The notes: a model not told the origin generated them from the letters alone. DNA of 62,942 nucleotides, filler included, from Ministeria vibrans ATCC 50519 (GCA_943704425.1; 5 parts of 5 records of this genome joined end to end with filler, not necessarily neighbours in it), one strand, 5' to 3'; positions 35,317-51,227 are shown, numbered from the whole stretch's first letter. Made by a program: numbers and translations.

Positions 35317-36342
35317 ATGGCGACACTCGTCATTGGCGGGGGGATCACCGGCGCCAATGTGTGTCGGTTGCTTCGAAAACAATCGCCAACGCGTATTGTG
35401 AACCTGTGGGAGTGTTCGGATCGAATTGGCGGACGATTTTGGTCGGAATCGGACGGAATCGATGTGGGCGCACAGTACATCACAAAAGGCGCCAGTAAGC
35501 CGCGACACGAGCCTGATCTGGAGTTATACGAGGAGCTGCTGGCACAGGGTCTTCTTGTGCGCCTTGCTGCAGAGGACATTGATGGGATTCAGCCGACTGA
35601 GGGTCAGCGGGAGCACTTTAGTGCGCCTCAAGGGCTCTCGTCGATTCCCCAAACACTCATCCAGTGCAACGCGACGTCGGTGAGCCTTGGACGCCGTCTG
35701 GTGGATCTTACGCGCGTCAATGCACAATGGCAAGCGACGAGTGCGTGTGGAGCTCGCGAGCTCTGTGCCACGGTGGTGCTCGCCCTGCCCGCCTGCGAGA
35801 TGCTCAACATCAACGGCGTCACCCAACTCCTGTCGACGTCGCTCCGTCAGCGCCTGGCACAAGTACAGTACTCTCAACGATATGCTCTTTCGTGTCACTT
35901 TGACGCGGTTGATCCTCTGACTCTTCCTCCGTGGCGCTGCTCATATGTCAAAGATGCTAGTGCGCTTCGCTACATATCGATTAAGAGTGTCTCATCCACG
36001 CTCCGTGTGGTGCTACACTCGTCCGTCCCCTTTGCACTCGACCACCCTCCCCTATCTCCTTCGAGTAACGCAGAGCAAACCAGCATCATCACCGACACTC
36101 TTCTGGCGGATCTGGCGCGCCACGTTCCTGCATTCGCCTCAGCGCCCACTCCAACTCACGCTCAGCTCTACCACTTCCCACTCTCGCAAGTTTCGCCTCC
36201 CTCTGACGATACATCGGCACAACCGTCTTCTGCTGCTGTGCATCTCTGTGACGGGCTCGTACTCGCAGGCGATTCCTTCACCGGAAGTAATTTCGACAAT
36301 TGTGTCTCATCTGCGCGGGCAGTAGTGCAATTGTTACAATGA
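35317..36342 (+). CDS. RNLS: Renalase-like FAD-dependent oxidoreductase, intronless
   Basis: VIGGGITG, RIGGR, DVGAQYIT, VQYSQRYAL, AGDSFTGSNFDNCVSSA. Confidence 0.85.
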   Translation: MATLVIGGGITGANVCRLLRKQSPTRIVNLWECSDRIGGRFWSESDGIDVGAQYITKGASKPRHEPDLELYEELLAQGLLVRLAAEDIDGIQPTEGQREHFSAPQGLSSIPQTLIQCNATSVSLGRRLVDLTRVNAQWQATSACGARELCATVVLALPACEMLNINGVTQLLSTSLRQRLAQVQYSQRYALSCHFDAVDPLTLPPWRCSYVKDASALRYISIKSVSSTLRVVLHSSVPFALDHPPLSPSSNAEQTSIITDTLLADLARHVPAFASAPTPTHAQLYHFPLSQVSPPSDDTSAQPSSAAVHLCDGLVLAGDSFTGSNFDNCVSSARAVVQLLQ

Positions 36343-36421
36343 ACCGACACCAATGTGTAACAGTAAAAAGAAAAGAAAAGAAAAGAAAAAGCAACGGCAC
36401 AACATAAAAGCGTTAGAGTGG

Positions 36422-38874
<2,453 letters not shown>

Positions 38875-38961
38875 CGTTATCTTCAATATTATAAATGATA
38901 ATAACGATTGATCAATGGAAATCAATGAATGATCATCATTCATTATTGTTATTTGTTTATC

Positions 38962-39899
38962 ATGTTCACAGGTATCGTCGAAAAAACGACCGTCTCTCGT
39001 GTTGTCGACTTGGTATGATCATGGCGATGTATGTGGCGTGATCGGGTCTGACAGGATTGCGCAGGAAGGCCTGAGACAGCTGACGGTGGTCCTTCCGGAC
39101 GCATCAAATCTCAAGGTACGCTTCCCCTTCGCTTTGACTCGCTCGCGTCGCGCTTGTCGTGTGCTGACGGCGATTTCCAACAGACTGGCGCAAGCATTGC
39201 CGTCAACGGAACCTGCTTGACTGTCGTGTACTTTGACGAGACCTCTGCGCGTTTCGATGTGATGGCGGAGACGCTGACTAAAACCAATCTGGGGCAACTG
39301 AAAGCGGGCGATACCGTCAACATTGAGCGCAGTCTGCGCGCCGGCGACGAGGTACGCGCACAGCACAAGTGACATGTGCACAATGTGCAGAAGCACACCG
39401 AGTGATCACTCAACTATCACCCAAATGTTACCTACTCAACTCAATCAAATGCCACTCATTCAACTCGCGTCCTCTATAGATCGGAGGACACCATGTCAGC
39501 GGTCATGTTGACATGGTTGCCCACGTTGATCACATCGTCCGCACTCCAAACAACCATACCGTCCACTTTGCCATTCACAACGTACAATTATTCCCCTCTC
39601 TGACTGGTTACCAGCATTGCATCCTTCTGATCTCTCCTTCTCTGCAGAATCGCTATCTGATTGAAAAGGGATTCATTGCGGTGGACGGCATCTCGCTGAC
39701 AGTGGTCGACGTCACTTCGTCGCTCTTCAGCGTCTCGCTTATTCCCGAGACTCTCGCGCGCACTACGCTCGGCGAGAAAGATCAAAAGGGTGACTGTGTC
39801 AACATTGAATTTGACAGCACCACGAAAACCATTGTCACCACCATGGAGAGACTACTGCCCGACACCCTCTCTCGTGTTCTTCAGCAACAACCAAAATAA
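38962..39899 (+). CDS. RIB5: Riboflavin synthase (alpha chain)
   Basis: MFTGIVE N-terminus, GASIAVNGTCLTV, VNIERSL, GGHHVSGHVD, KGFIAVDGISLTV, LIPETL. Confidence 0.93.
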
Positions 39900-40403
39900 A
39901 TCGTGTGTGTATTAAATAAGAAACAAGGACTATATTCTTCTATCAAGAGCAGCACAATACTGCCGCCGTAGACTTCAAGACGAGAATGTCCCGAAAGAAG
40001 CCCATAGACCCACTGATACACCCATGAGAAGAACGCCGGTGCACCATTGCGGTGGAAGTGATTAGCAAACAAACCAATTAGCAACCACTCTTTGTTGTTT
40101 GTATATGGTTCTTTCTTTCACACTTGGCGACGCGACATTGAGTGGGAATAGCACCCGCACCACCAAACCAACCTGTTTTTGGTGCACGTCTCATCCGACT
40201 CCGTGCCGCTCCAACTCCTGTTTCTCGTCAACTGAACGCATTTTAGCATTTTATTAGTTTTCCTTTTCACACCAACCAACCAAAAAGACGTAAATCGTAA
40301 AACTTTTTTTCTCACCTCCTCGTCACTCCGCTGGCACGCCGTGCACTGCCTTGGCACTGTCCAATCCCCGCAGCCCTTTGTATTGTCTCTCTTGGTGCGC
40401 CAC

Positions 40404-42527
40404 ATGGACCGCAGCTCAGAGTCGCTTGACGACCAACGCGACTTTGATGACGTCGACTACGACTCTGACTCAAGCGACGGCTTTGCTGCCGCCAACTTTC
40501 GACGACACTCACTTGCGGCGAGTACGGCAAGGATAGCGCACCAGCTGCCGCCAGCGTCCATCTCCGTCTCGAGTTTAGAAACGGTCGTCGGCCCAAATAA
40601 CTCAGCGCTCCAACTCAGCGCGAGCCGAAGCAGCGCCGCATCGGTCGCCGCGCATGCCTCCCCAAACGCCTCATCATCCCTCTCGATGGCCGAGCGGCGC
40701 CTGAGCTCTATCTCAACGTCGTCTCTCAAGCGTCGACGTTCTTCCATTGGCTCCATGAGCGAATTTTTCAGCAGCGATTTAAACGACTCGTCGTCCGTCT
40801 CCATGTCGACGCGCACTAGCCTCGTCGGCGGCTCAGTCTGTGCCACGGCCGGTTCTCAGACTGCACCGGGCTCGACGCTGCGTCGCGACCGCGTCTCCGC
40901 CGGCAAACAGCTGCCGCGTCTCACCGAACTCACATTTGTGCCGGTTGCCGAAGTGCCCAACTCTGGCTGTGCCGAGCTTGGTCCCGGCACAAACACCGTG
41001 CTGGGCGCCGACTTTGGTGGTGCGTCGATGCTCGAGAGCAGCGAAAACCTCGACGATCTTGTCAAACTCGGCGACTTCCTCCACTCGATGGCACTTCAGG
41101 GCACGCTCTGTCCCATTCGCGATCACTGGTACCACTTGCGTCAGTACAACCGCTGCTTTCCCGGTAGCGCCCTCTGCGATCTCATGGTGGTCACCGGAAC
41201 CGTCTGGTCGCGCACGGAAGCCACGCGCATTGGCCAGCTGCTCCTCGACGACGGCATCATCTTGCACGTTGCCGTGGGCGACAAGCACGCCTTCCACGAT
41301 CGCAACGTCTTCTATCGTTTTCGCACCGACCGTAACCGTCGAAACACTCGCCAGCTTAAACAACAACGTGACGACTCCGACGCACCCGAAGAACGTCTGC
41401 TCGTCTCTGCCATTGGCGCCACTCGCACCATCATCAATCCACACGACGACGCCGACGACGACATCGACGACGGCCTCTCGCGCTACCTCGAGGAAAAGAA
41501 AAAGCAGCAACAACAGTCGCAGTCGCAGTCGCAGTCGCAAGCGCAGCCGCAGTCACAAATGCAGTCCCAGCAACAGCAACAACAGTCGCACCACGACCAT
41601 TCGCGCAAAACGTCGTCGCAGAGCTCCGACGAAGTCTCTCTCTTGCGCTCGTCCCAGTCATCGTATGCCCTCTCAGGCACTCCCTCCTCCTCCAACTTGA
41701 GCTTTCCTCTGCCCAATGCTAAACATCTCACAGACCCCTTTGCGTCTGCGTTGTTCGTGTCCCCATCATCGTCCACTGCCACAATCGGCACTGGTGGGTC
41801 CACTGCCACAATCGGCAGTGGTGGCCTCGCTGGTCCCACAAGTACTGTTTCTGGGAGTGGTGCCAGTGGAAGTGGCAGTGGCAGCGGTTCTCCTGCCCCC
41901 AACGGTGGTAGTGTGCGCTCACCTAGCCGCTCTTGGCGCAAAAAGTCACAGGGGGATCTTTTTATTGGTGGCAGCGAGGATGCCAATGCCTCGCGACAGA
42001 TTGCTCGTGAAATGGCTCGTTGGGACAAGGCCATTCGACTTCATGCGCCCGAACAGCAACTCGCGCAGCAACAAGGCTCGCCACAACAGCCGTTGCAGCA
42101 GCAACACTCACAGCAGCAGAAACAACAAGGAAATCTGTCACTGGGCGGTGCCAATGCCATGAACGTCAGTGACATGCCTTCAGCCAGTGTGAGTGTTTCC
42201 TCTGGTGGTGTTGGCTCACACAATGCCTCCAATCTGTCTACATGCACGACTGCGGGCGGTATTGTGTCGACCAACAGCAGCGGGAGTGCTCTGGCGGCGG
42301 CGATCGTCGACGGCTCACTTGACGGGCCCTCACCCAATTATGTGTCGCCTCTATTGACTCACGGCCACATGCGCCACCCTTCCTCCCCTGGCATTGATCT
42401 GGGGGCCACAGAACGCACTCTACTCTCTCGCCACTCTCACTTGCGCACCTCTATCATCTCCAGTTCCCTCCCCGACATCCATTTGCCTCCGCCTGCCGTA
42501 GCAGCCGCAGCAGCCGCAGCCGCAGCC

Positions 42528-42561
<34 letters not shown>

Positions 42562-45287
42562 CCACCTCTCCCAACACATCTAGCTCGAACCTTGTCAGTG
42601 TCGGCAAGGAACCCGTGTCACCCTCCAGCGCAACCAGTAGAGCACAGTCCACGGGACCCGCGCGCGAGAGCCAAATCCTCGTTAGTGTTCCTATGCCTGA
42701 TTCTTTTGTCTCTCCCGACGACGACGACGACGCTCTTATGACCGAAATCTCGCGCAACATTGTCTTTGTCGCCGACGCGTCTCTTCCTCAAATCGTCCTT
42801 CCACCTCTCTCTGTGCCCGACGACAACTCTGGCAATGACACCGACCCCTCTGCACAGGCACTGGGAGGGACGCCAGAACTCAAGTGGACCGTCGATTTGT
42901 TTCCATCGGACGCAGTGCACATGAACGAGTGGCGCGAGGGACTGCGCGATGGATTCACCCTAGAGCATCTTGACCAGCACTCCTTCTCGTACCGCCGTCA
43001 CTTCTATGGACGACCCCACTCGATGTACTTTGTTGGAGATCGCGACCCTCACTCGGGTGGTCTCCCCGTCGTCGTGACCACCCGCTTGCTCGAGCCCTCC
43101 GGCGATCTCATGGTGATTGTGCGTGAGACGGAGACCACCATGGGCGTTCAGGTTCCGTCTTACACCTTCCAGAAGATCTGTGCGGTGCGCCGTCCCCCCT
43201 CACAGGCACTCCTCTCTCTCACTTCATCGTCATCGGCTCGCGGCTCCCTGTCCATCTCCGAGAACGAGCAGGTCGAGGCAGCCATCTACGCCGCCGCCCC
43301 GCACCTATCCCTCCCTCGCCTCCACTGCTGCGAGGCGCGTTCTATTGCCGACCAGGTGCTCGAATTTGACGAGGCGGCTGCCAGTCGCTCGTACAAGATG
43401 GGTGTGCTCTACGTTGCTCCGGGCCAGACACAGGAGCTTGAGCTGCTTGCCAATCGTACTCACTCGGTCGCCTTTGACGACTTCCTCAACATGCTGGGCG
43501 AACGTGTCCTCATCGGCGAACACAAAGGCTACCTGGGCGGTCTGCCCCAGACGCCGGACTTTGCGCGCGCCTCCTCTGTCTACACGCGCTTCTGCCAGCG
43601 CGAAATTATGTTCCACGTCTCGACGCTCCTTCCGTACTCCGCACACGACCGCCATCAGGTCGATCGCAAGAAGCACATTGGCAACGATGTGGTGTGCATT
43701 GTCTTTATTGAGGACGACACTCCCTTTGACCCCGAGTCAATCCGGTACATTGATCAGCTCAAATTCACAAGAAACAACGCCGCAATGCCACTGACCATAT
43801 TCCCCCTTTCTCTATCCTTGTATTTATGATATCAACGTAGGTCGCAGTTCCTCCACGTGTTTCTGGTGGTGCGCGCATTTCCGCAAGAGCATGGCCCCAC
43901 CCAGTACACAGTGTCGACTATCCGTCGTGCGTGTGTGGCCAGGTCGGGTCCTATGCCTCCCAAACTCGCCTTCTCCCATTCGGCGACCATGCGAAACTTT
44001 CTGCTCACCAAGGCACTCAATGCTGAGCATGCGGCTCACGCTGTGCCCAAGTTCACCGAGCTCAAGAAGAAGCGACGCACACTGCTACTAAAGATGCTTG
44101 CGCGTGGCATTGTCTCCGCCGGTCTCATTACCAACGCGATCACTCTCCCCTCCCATAACAATTCTTCTCCCCCAAACCCATCGCCCCCACAGCAGCAGCA
44201 GCAGCGACAAGCAGCTGCCGCCACCAAAGTGAACTCATTGGCCAAGAGCAAGTCCAAGGCCAACTCGGCATTCGACATGCGCTCGGTGGGCACCGACCAG
44301 TCGAGTATGGTCGCTAGCTTGACCCGCACTACCGCCAGCAAGTCGAAGCCTCATCGCAACCATCCGAGTGTGCTTCCATCTACGTCGAGTCCCTCGCTCG
44401 ACATCAACTGTGTGGGTGCATCTCCCTCCAGTCCACCGCCCTCCACTTCTTCAACGATCAACCACGCTCCACCTGTTGCGCCCGTTGCGGTTTCGGCTCC
44501 AAACACCCCGATGAAAGTTTTGTCGCGCCTCAAGAACCGTCGCACCTCAAACTCTTCACGTTCAGCTGCAATCAGTCGTGAAGCTGCGCAAATTGAAGCA
44601 GCAGCTGCTGCCGCCGCAGCAGCCGAAGCAGCCGCAGCAGCACAGGCAGAGGCACAGGCACAGGCGGCAGCAGCCGCAGCATCACAGGCATCTGTCTCTG
44701 CCGTTCGCCAGGCCGAGCACACATCTTCGCAGCCCCAGTCGACTCTGCGCTCGGACGTCTCCCAGTCCGCCACCAAGAGCACGCACCGTCGTTCGCTCGC
44801 GCACCTTCCTGGAAGCCAGACCTTCGAGGCGCGCAATGCAGCACCGCTCGTCCGCGCCGCCTCATCTATACCATCCACCACACCCTCAAGTGCGTTGCAG
44901 AGTGGCCCAGCTCGCTCAGCGACCCGTCGCTCAACCAAGATGAAGCGTGGCCCCATGCCCAATGCTGCGACCACGGCGTCGACGTCGCACTCTGAGCTTG
45001 CAAGTGGACGCAGCTCGACCACATCGTCCACAAACGACGACTTTGCAAACGTGTCCGACGTTGACTCGGCCAACAACAGCCCGCTGAGCCCGCTCGGCGA
45101 GACGGCCGTAGTCGACTACGTTGCTCCCCCTTCCAGCAGCTCATCGGCACGTCCATCTATCTCGCTCGAGTCGCGTGTCGAGCTCCTCGAACAGCAGCTC
45201 AGGGCCGCGCTGGCCATCAATGCCTCTCTTGTCGAGCGCCTTGCTCGCCTCGAACACACCACGCCCGTTTCACACACCAATGTTTAA
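40404..45287 (+). CDS. DEP-domain + RapGAP-domain protein with C-terminal coiled coil (paralog 2); intron 43745-43840
   Basis: DEP: IRDHWYHLRQYNRCFPGSAL...HAFHDRNVFYRF. RapGAP: YRRHFY, YKMGVLY, EIMFHVSTLLP, RKKHIGNDVV, FLLTKALNAE. Confidence 0.9.
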
Positions 45288-45650
45288 AAATTTTATTCTT
45301 ATAGTTATTATTATTATTATTATTATTATTATTGTTATTATTATTATTATAATTATTATTATTTTAATTTTATTAAAATTTTAATTCTATTATCATTATG
45401 ACTGTTTTTTTTCGTCAAACAAAATTAATGATAAGGAGTATCGTAGGGTCTTGGCCAAATCGAATTGTTTGGTAATGTACGTCAAGTAGTGTGTAATTAT
45501 AATACAAGACAAAAAAATATAGAAAAATAGAGTGGGGATGATATAAAATAATAATAATAATAATTTATAATGATAATAGTAATAATAAGCAATAGAAAGA
45601 ATAAAAATGATAATAAAAAATAAACTGATGATGATGATGACTGCAGTCGT

Positions 45651-48600
45651 TCAGGAGTGAGACTCGTTTGTAGCATTCTCAGAGGCAAGATCACAGAGGG
45701 CGACGAGGTCGGTGAGGGCGGCGTCCTCGGCGGCTCTGAGAGCGGCATGAAGGAAGGGGCGGGGGTGGGCCATCTGAAAGGGACTGCGCTGGAAGTGAAC
45801 AAGGGAGACAATGGTGCGCGTGGCCATGCGCAACTTGTCAAGGTTGATCAAGCTGGAGTGCACAATACTCTTGTTGCCATCGCCAATAAAGAGGACGTCT
45901 TTGAGAAAGATGGGTAGAAAGGGGATGAGCCCACGCTCGCCACGCGCCGCCTTTTGCATGCTCAGTCGCAGACGGCGCATGTTGTGCTGCTGGTCGAGCA
46001 GTCCGTTGATTTTCTGGCGCACCTTGAGAAGCGACTCGTCGACGCACAGCCAAGCCTCGCTCATGTTGCGAATGGGCCGCATGCGCAACGCAACCGAAAT
46101 GGCTACGGCCGTAAAAAAGTTGTTGAGCTCAAGACAGCGCGCAGCAGCGGTGAGGAACAGCGTAAGCATGTCGGCACGGGCACGCACGCCACGCGCCTGA
46201 CACACACAGGTCGCGACCCAGTATGACTCACGATCAAAGCGAGCAATAAACTGGTTGACGGCCGTGTCGCTGGCCGTTGAGGGCATCGGTGAGACGGGGG
46301 TGTGTTCGTCGGTCGACAATGGGGGGTTGCTCTCAAAGCCGAACGAGAAGCTGGCAGTGCGGAGCTCGTGCGGTTGGATCACAAATGCCTTCCAGGTGTG
46401 CGCAAGGAACTCGCGTGCGGGAATACGCGAGTAGAGCATTGAGTCGTACTCGGTGAGGGCCTCGGCGACACAGACGGGCTTGCGCAAGAGCTCAGCGTGG
46501 TGGATCGATTGGGCACGCGACAGAACAGCAGTTTGAAAGGCCGCGGGCGGAGGAACGATGATATCGGGGGAGGGGGGCAAGGCGACACCCACAGCGTGCT
46601 CGGGCGGGACCATGGCATTGCTTGATTCGGACGAGGGTGAGACATCGGGAAGGCACGTGGTCGATTGCGACAGGGGCATGTTGTAGCCGCGCGAGGCGGA
46701 CGCAGCCAGGTGCGCATGCCTAATGTTCTCTTGGACGTGTCGCATGAACTCGATGTGTGCCTTAAAGTAGCCCGCGGCCTTGATCTGGTCGATAAAGCTG
46801 AGAAGACGCGCTCGCAACGTCTCGTCTTCTTCAAAGTCGCTCCAGCACAGCGTAATCCACATTTTGAGGGTGACCATCACGTTGGTCTGGATGGGTCTCT
46901 TCCAGCGTCGGTAATGCTCAATGTCATCAGGATCCGTCAGCAGCTTGGGTACAATACAGAAGCGCGCCACGAGCATGTCTAGCAGAGTCAGGCTCGACAT
47001 GAATGCGCGGTGCATCACGACCATGGTGTTGACATATTCGTCGTCGAGGGGCTCCTCGCTTGCCAGTAGTTCCACCAACTTGTCGCGTCGTCCCGCCATA
47101 ATGGTCACATTCGATACCTTGGGGTGCTTCTGCACAATGAGCACGTCAACGCCTGCGTGTGAGATAACCATGGTCTGCGTTGTGCGTGCCGATACTTGTC
47201 CCAGTGACGCAGTGCTGCCGCTCATGGCACGCTGTAGGCGGTGGAAACGTCGCAGCGTACCGGTGCGTTTGTGGCGCGGAGCAGAGATGGTTTCAACTTC
47301 GCCCTCATCGTCGTCTTCATCCTCGTCGTCATGCTCGTCGTCGTCGTCGTCGTCGTCATCATCATCGCCCATGTCATCGCCATACTCGGATGATGCGTCT
47401 TCTTCGGGCACAATGCAGTCGAGTGCCGAAGGTGTGGGAACGCCACTTCCATTGATGCGACGCAGTTGTGGTGAGAGGGTGGGAGGGGCGGCCGTAGAGC
47501 GCGTTGCTGCGGACGACGCAGAGGGCGCACCCGAGCCAACAGCAGGGGTGGACGCAGGTGACGTAGCCGACACGGTCGTCGAATACGAGGACGAGGATGT
47601 TGCGGACGAGGTGGACGACATGGGAGGCGCAGTTGTGGACGATGGTGCCGAAACGGGTACAGACACACTCGCTAAAGATGAAACAGAGACACTTGTCGAG
47701 GCAACACCAGTTGCGCCTGTGGCACTGGCAAAGGCGGTAGAACTAGAGGTGGTGGTGGGAGCGGTGGCAGTAATGGTGGTGACGTTGGCAATCACTGACG
47801 ATTTGTTAGACGAGTTGGCGCTGTGCGTGACGGCCTGAAGAGTACGCATGGCCTCGGTTGCCGACGAAGTGCTGTTTGCACGTCCTCGACGACTGATACC
47901 GGCGACTTTGCGCACGGCCGTGTTCATTTTGGCGGAAACAGACTGACGTTCGGATGGCATAAAACGGTCGGGAAACGACTCGATATCATTGGTGACGACA
48001 CGTGCGGTTGTGTTCTGGGCCTTGGGATGGGTAAGCTGGGGAATGGCAAGGGCGGGAGGGAGGTCGGAGACGGAGACGGGGCGTTGGAAGAGTGCCTGAC
48101 GAACGGAGTCGGGGTGTTTCGCGGTGTGTGCTACCGCTACTTTCTTGGTCGATGACAGAACGTTGCTGTCGCGCGGGTGAGGGGTGTCGCAGTTGCCGGA
48201 GACGACGCGACGCACAGGGGTGAGGGACGAGGGATCTTCGGGAGTGTTGGCAATAGGAGAAAGACCCAATGCAATGTCGCCGACGCATTTGGACGAGCCC
48301 AGCAGTTGCTTGCTGGCGGAGATGGGTGAGCTCAAGCCCGAATCCGACTCGTGGTTGAGTATGTCCTCTTGGGAAGAGGAGAGACCCGACGAGACGTCGG
48401 GCAGGCTGTTGCTAAGAGACGAGCCCATGGACAACGCTGTGTACACATTGGAGGTGGACGCCGGACGAGTGTCGCGCGAGAGAGTGGGCGCGACGCGGTA
48501 GGAGTGTGTGGGACGCGAACGACTGAGCAGTTGCAACGCGGTTTTGCTGCCCTTGCGCGCGCGATTCGGATGTACATTTGAAGAGGATGAGGAGGGGTGT

Positions 48601-50370
48601 GGAGGTGACGAGATGGAGGCGGGCACAAGACCATGGTCAATGTCGTTGTCATCATCGAATTCGTCGCCGCGTGGGACATGTTGAAGGGGACCGCGCAAGG
48701 CCGCGGCTGTACCCGTCTCATCTTCGTCTTCGTCTTCAACATGGTCCTTGTGGTTGACGCTGGTGACCGAAGGAGTTGACCAAGCGGTCGCAGTGACACT
48801 CACACTCATGCTAGCGCAATTGGACGACGACGAGGTGGGACACGAAAGTGAGCTACCAATGTCAAGGGCAGGCGGAGCGGAGGCGAGACTCGCGAGTGAC
48901 CCACCGACAATGGTGCTGTTGCTGTTGTCGGGAGTGGAACGACGCCGCGAGACAACCTCCAATTCATCGTCACCATCATCGTTGTCGTCAACATGCATCG
49001 TGGTGGTGGTCTCCAAAAAGGACAGAGATGCAGTTGCGTCACTGGCTCTTCTTCTGCCACCGAGTGTGCCACCGAGTGTGCCGTCGGGTATGCGTGGAAG
49101 GAGTTTTGCCGGGCGCGATCTGAAAGTGGGTGGGCTGCTTGGAGGTGACGCAGGCAAGGAGGAAACAGGTGGAGAGAGAGCGTTGCGCGAGAGGACGGCG
49201 CGTCTTAGGACGCCGGGCGAGAGTGGAGGTGGGGACTGGGCTGGTGAGGTGCACGTGGAGATGGCGTCCCAGGCGGTCATGCGCGAGTCAACAGACATGT
49301 TGAGCGATGGAGATGTTTCCACTTGACGCATCACGGCAGGGGAGGCCGAGAGGGTGCGGGGCAGGGCTGGTTTGGCGCCGATGAACCTGGACATAACGGG
49401 CACGGATGGGAGTGACTTGCGACTGCGAGATGAAGGTGACATAGAGCGCCGTGACAGCAAAGAAGAAGAGGATTCTTCGACCGACACGTCGGGGGACGCA
49501 CTGGTGGGGGGCAGTGAGGAGAAGGAGGAGGAGGAGACCGCGTTGAAGGAATCGCTCGGTATGTTTGGCGACGAGACGGCACCGTCAAGCTTGGACATGA
49601 ACTTATCCTTGTCTTGCTGATCGAGACTGGGACCGGCCATGCCAAGATGCGACGAAGAAGGGAGGTTAGGCGACGAGCTGCACCCCTCGATGTTGTTGCT
49701 CGCCTGTGAGAGGCTGGTTGATTTTTTGCTGACAAAATCGGGTTCAGTGGGACGCGACGAGAGCTGCGGGTCCTGTAGAGAGCACTCATTCTCAAACTGC
49801 CGACGCCACGCACGCGAACCGTCGATAGCGCTGAGCCAGGAGACGGCGTCGGACTTGCTTGTGCACGTAAACTGCAGGCTCACGTCGCCAAAGAGAATGT
49901 CAAAACGACGCTGCGCGTTGCGGCCCACGGCATTTGAGGCGCCACTGCCCGGCAAGGAGACAATGTCGGCGACGGGAATGGGTGGGAGGAGAAGTTGTCC
50001 AGGGAGAAGGTTGTGCGCGGTGGAGGAGGAGGACAAAGAAGAAGGTGTGGCGCTCGATGAAGCACCAGTGTCTTGGCTGAACAAAGCAGCGTCGGTGGGC
50101 AGTGAACCTGGCTGTCGTGAGAGGGTAACTACCACATAGTCGACAAAGAGTAGAAGCATTGCGTTCTTGTAGCGAAAGTCGATCGAGTCTGGACTGGTAA
50201 GAGAGACGGTACGCGGGCGTGATGTGATTTCACACACGTGCTCTGTGACTTGGTACGGCTGAAGCTCTTCGAGGGCGTCGCTGCCATGCACTCTCAGCTT
50301 GAGTTCAGCAAGAACACCGTGGCGTAAAAGAACGGGCGAGTCCCCTAGCAATCTCCGGTTGGGGTCGTCC
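45651..50370 (-). CDS. Ras/Rap-family GEF: PH domain, long disordered linker, REM and CDC25 domains; 5' exon(s) unresolved near gap
   Basis: PH: LLLFVDYVVVT...SWLSAI. REM: AGRRDKLVELL...HRAFMSSLTLLDMLVARF. CDC25: RESYWVATCV, LNNFFTAVAI, IPFLPIFLKDVLFIGDGN, INLDKLRM. Confidence 0.88.
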
Positions 50371-50784
50371 TGGGGAGGTGAAGAGAAGGTGTGTAAGGGG
50401 TGGGAAAGAAGGGTGTGGGTGCCAGCAGCAGAGTGGAGAGGGATAATGATGATTGTTGAAAAGTGGAGAGTCGTGAGAGCAGAAAGACAGGCAGGAGGGG
50501 GTGCAAGGCAAGCGGCGAGTGTGATGCATGGATGGGGGCAAAGGGGCTCCGCTTGCGACAGGCCGGGGGTGCGCTCTGTGGCGAGTGAACTCCAGAGACG
50601 GCGCCACAAGAGCGGTTAACGCTCGTTTGTCGTGTTTGCCGAGACAGAATCAAAAAATTAAAAAAAGGGCGGCTCAAGCGACAATGCACTCTATCCGTGC
50701 GTCACGACAACAGAGGGGCCCATTGGGGCCGGCCCGCATCGTCGTTAGAAGGACGGGGAGTTGCAAAAAAAGAAGGAAAAAAAA

Positions 50785-50884
50785 NNNNNNNNNNNNNNNN
50801 NNNNNNNNNNNNNNNNNNNNNNNNNNNNTTAATTAATTAANNNNNNNNNNNNNNNNNNNNNNNNNNNNNNNNNNNNNNNNNNNN
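50785..50884. other. Artificial scaffold spacer
   Basis: N44-TTAATTAATTAA-N44. Confidence 0.97.
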
Positions 50885-50993
50885 ACACCTTTTGTACCAA
50901 CCTCATTTACAAGCCGAAAGCCAACAAACGGGACTATCAGCTGGGACTGGGGTCTCTACTTGTATATTATATGAAAAACAAATACGTGTAAAA
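50885..50993 (+). repeat. Exact copy of 55273-55381 (3' end and stop codon of the PC-esterase gene)
   Basis: 109 identical nt at offset 4388; the sequences diverge just after the stop codon. Confidence 0.93.
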
Positions 50994-51227
50994 TAAAATA
51001 AAATATTATTATTATTCTAATTATTATTATTAATTAATACAATAATTATCTGATATTAAAAGATGCTACATTAAAATATATTACAGACATGAATAATAAT
51101 AAAGTATTATTATTAATGCAAGAAAACAAACATGACGAAGAGTAAATAAAAATTATTTTTATTTATAATAGTAAACTGTTTGTACACACATCTTATTATT
51201 GTTATAATTATTTTTATTATTGTTATT

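Noticed and set aside
46921-47838. Long antisense ORFs over GC-rich exons (also 60557-61618, 44351-45076, 4759-5508)
   Set aside because: Shadow frames of well-supported genes on the opposite strand.
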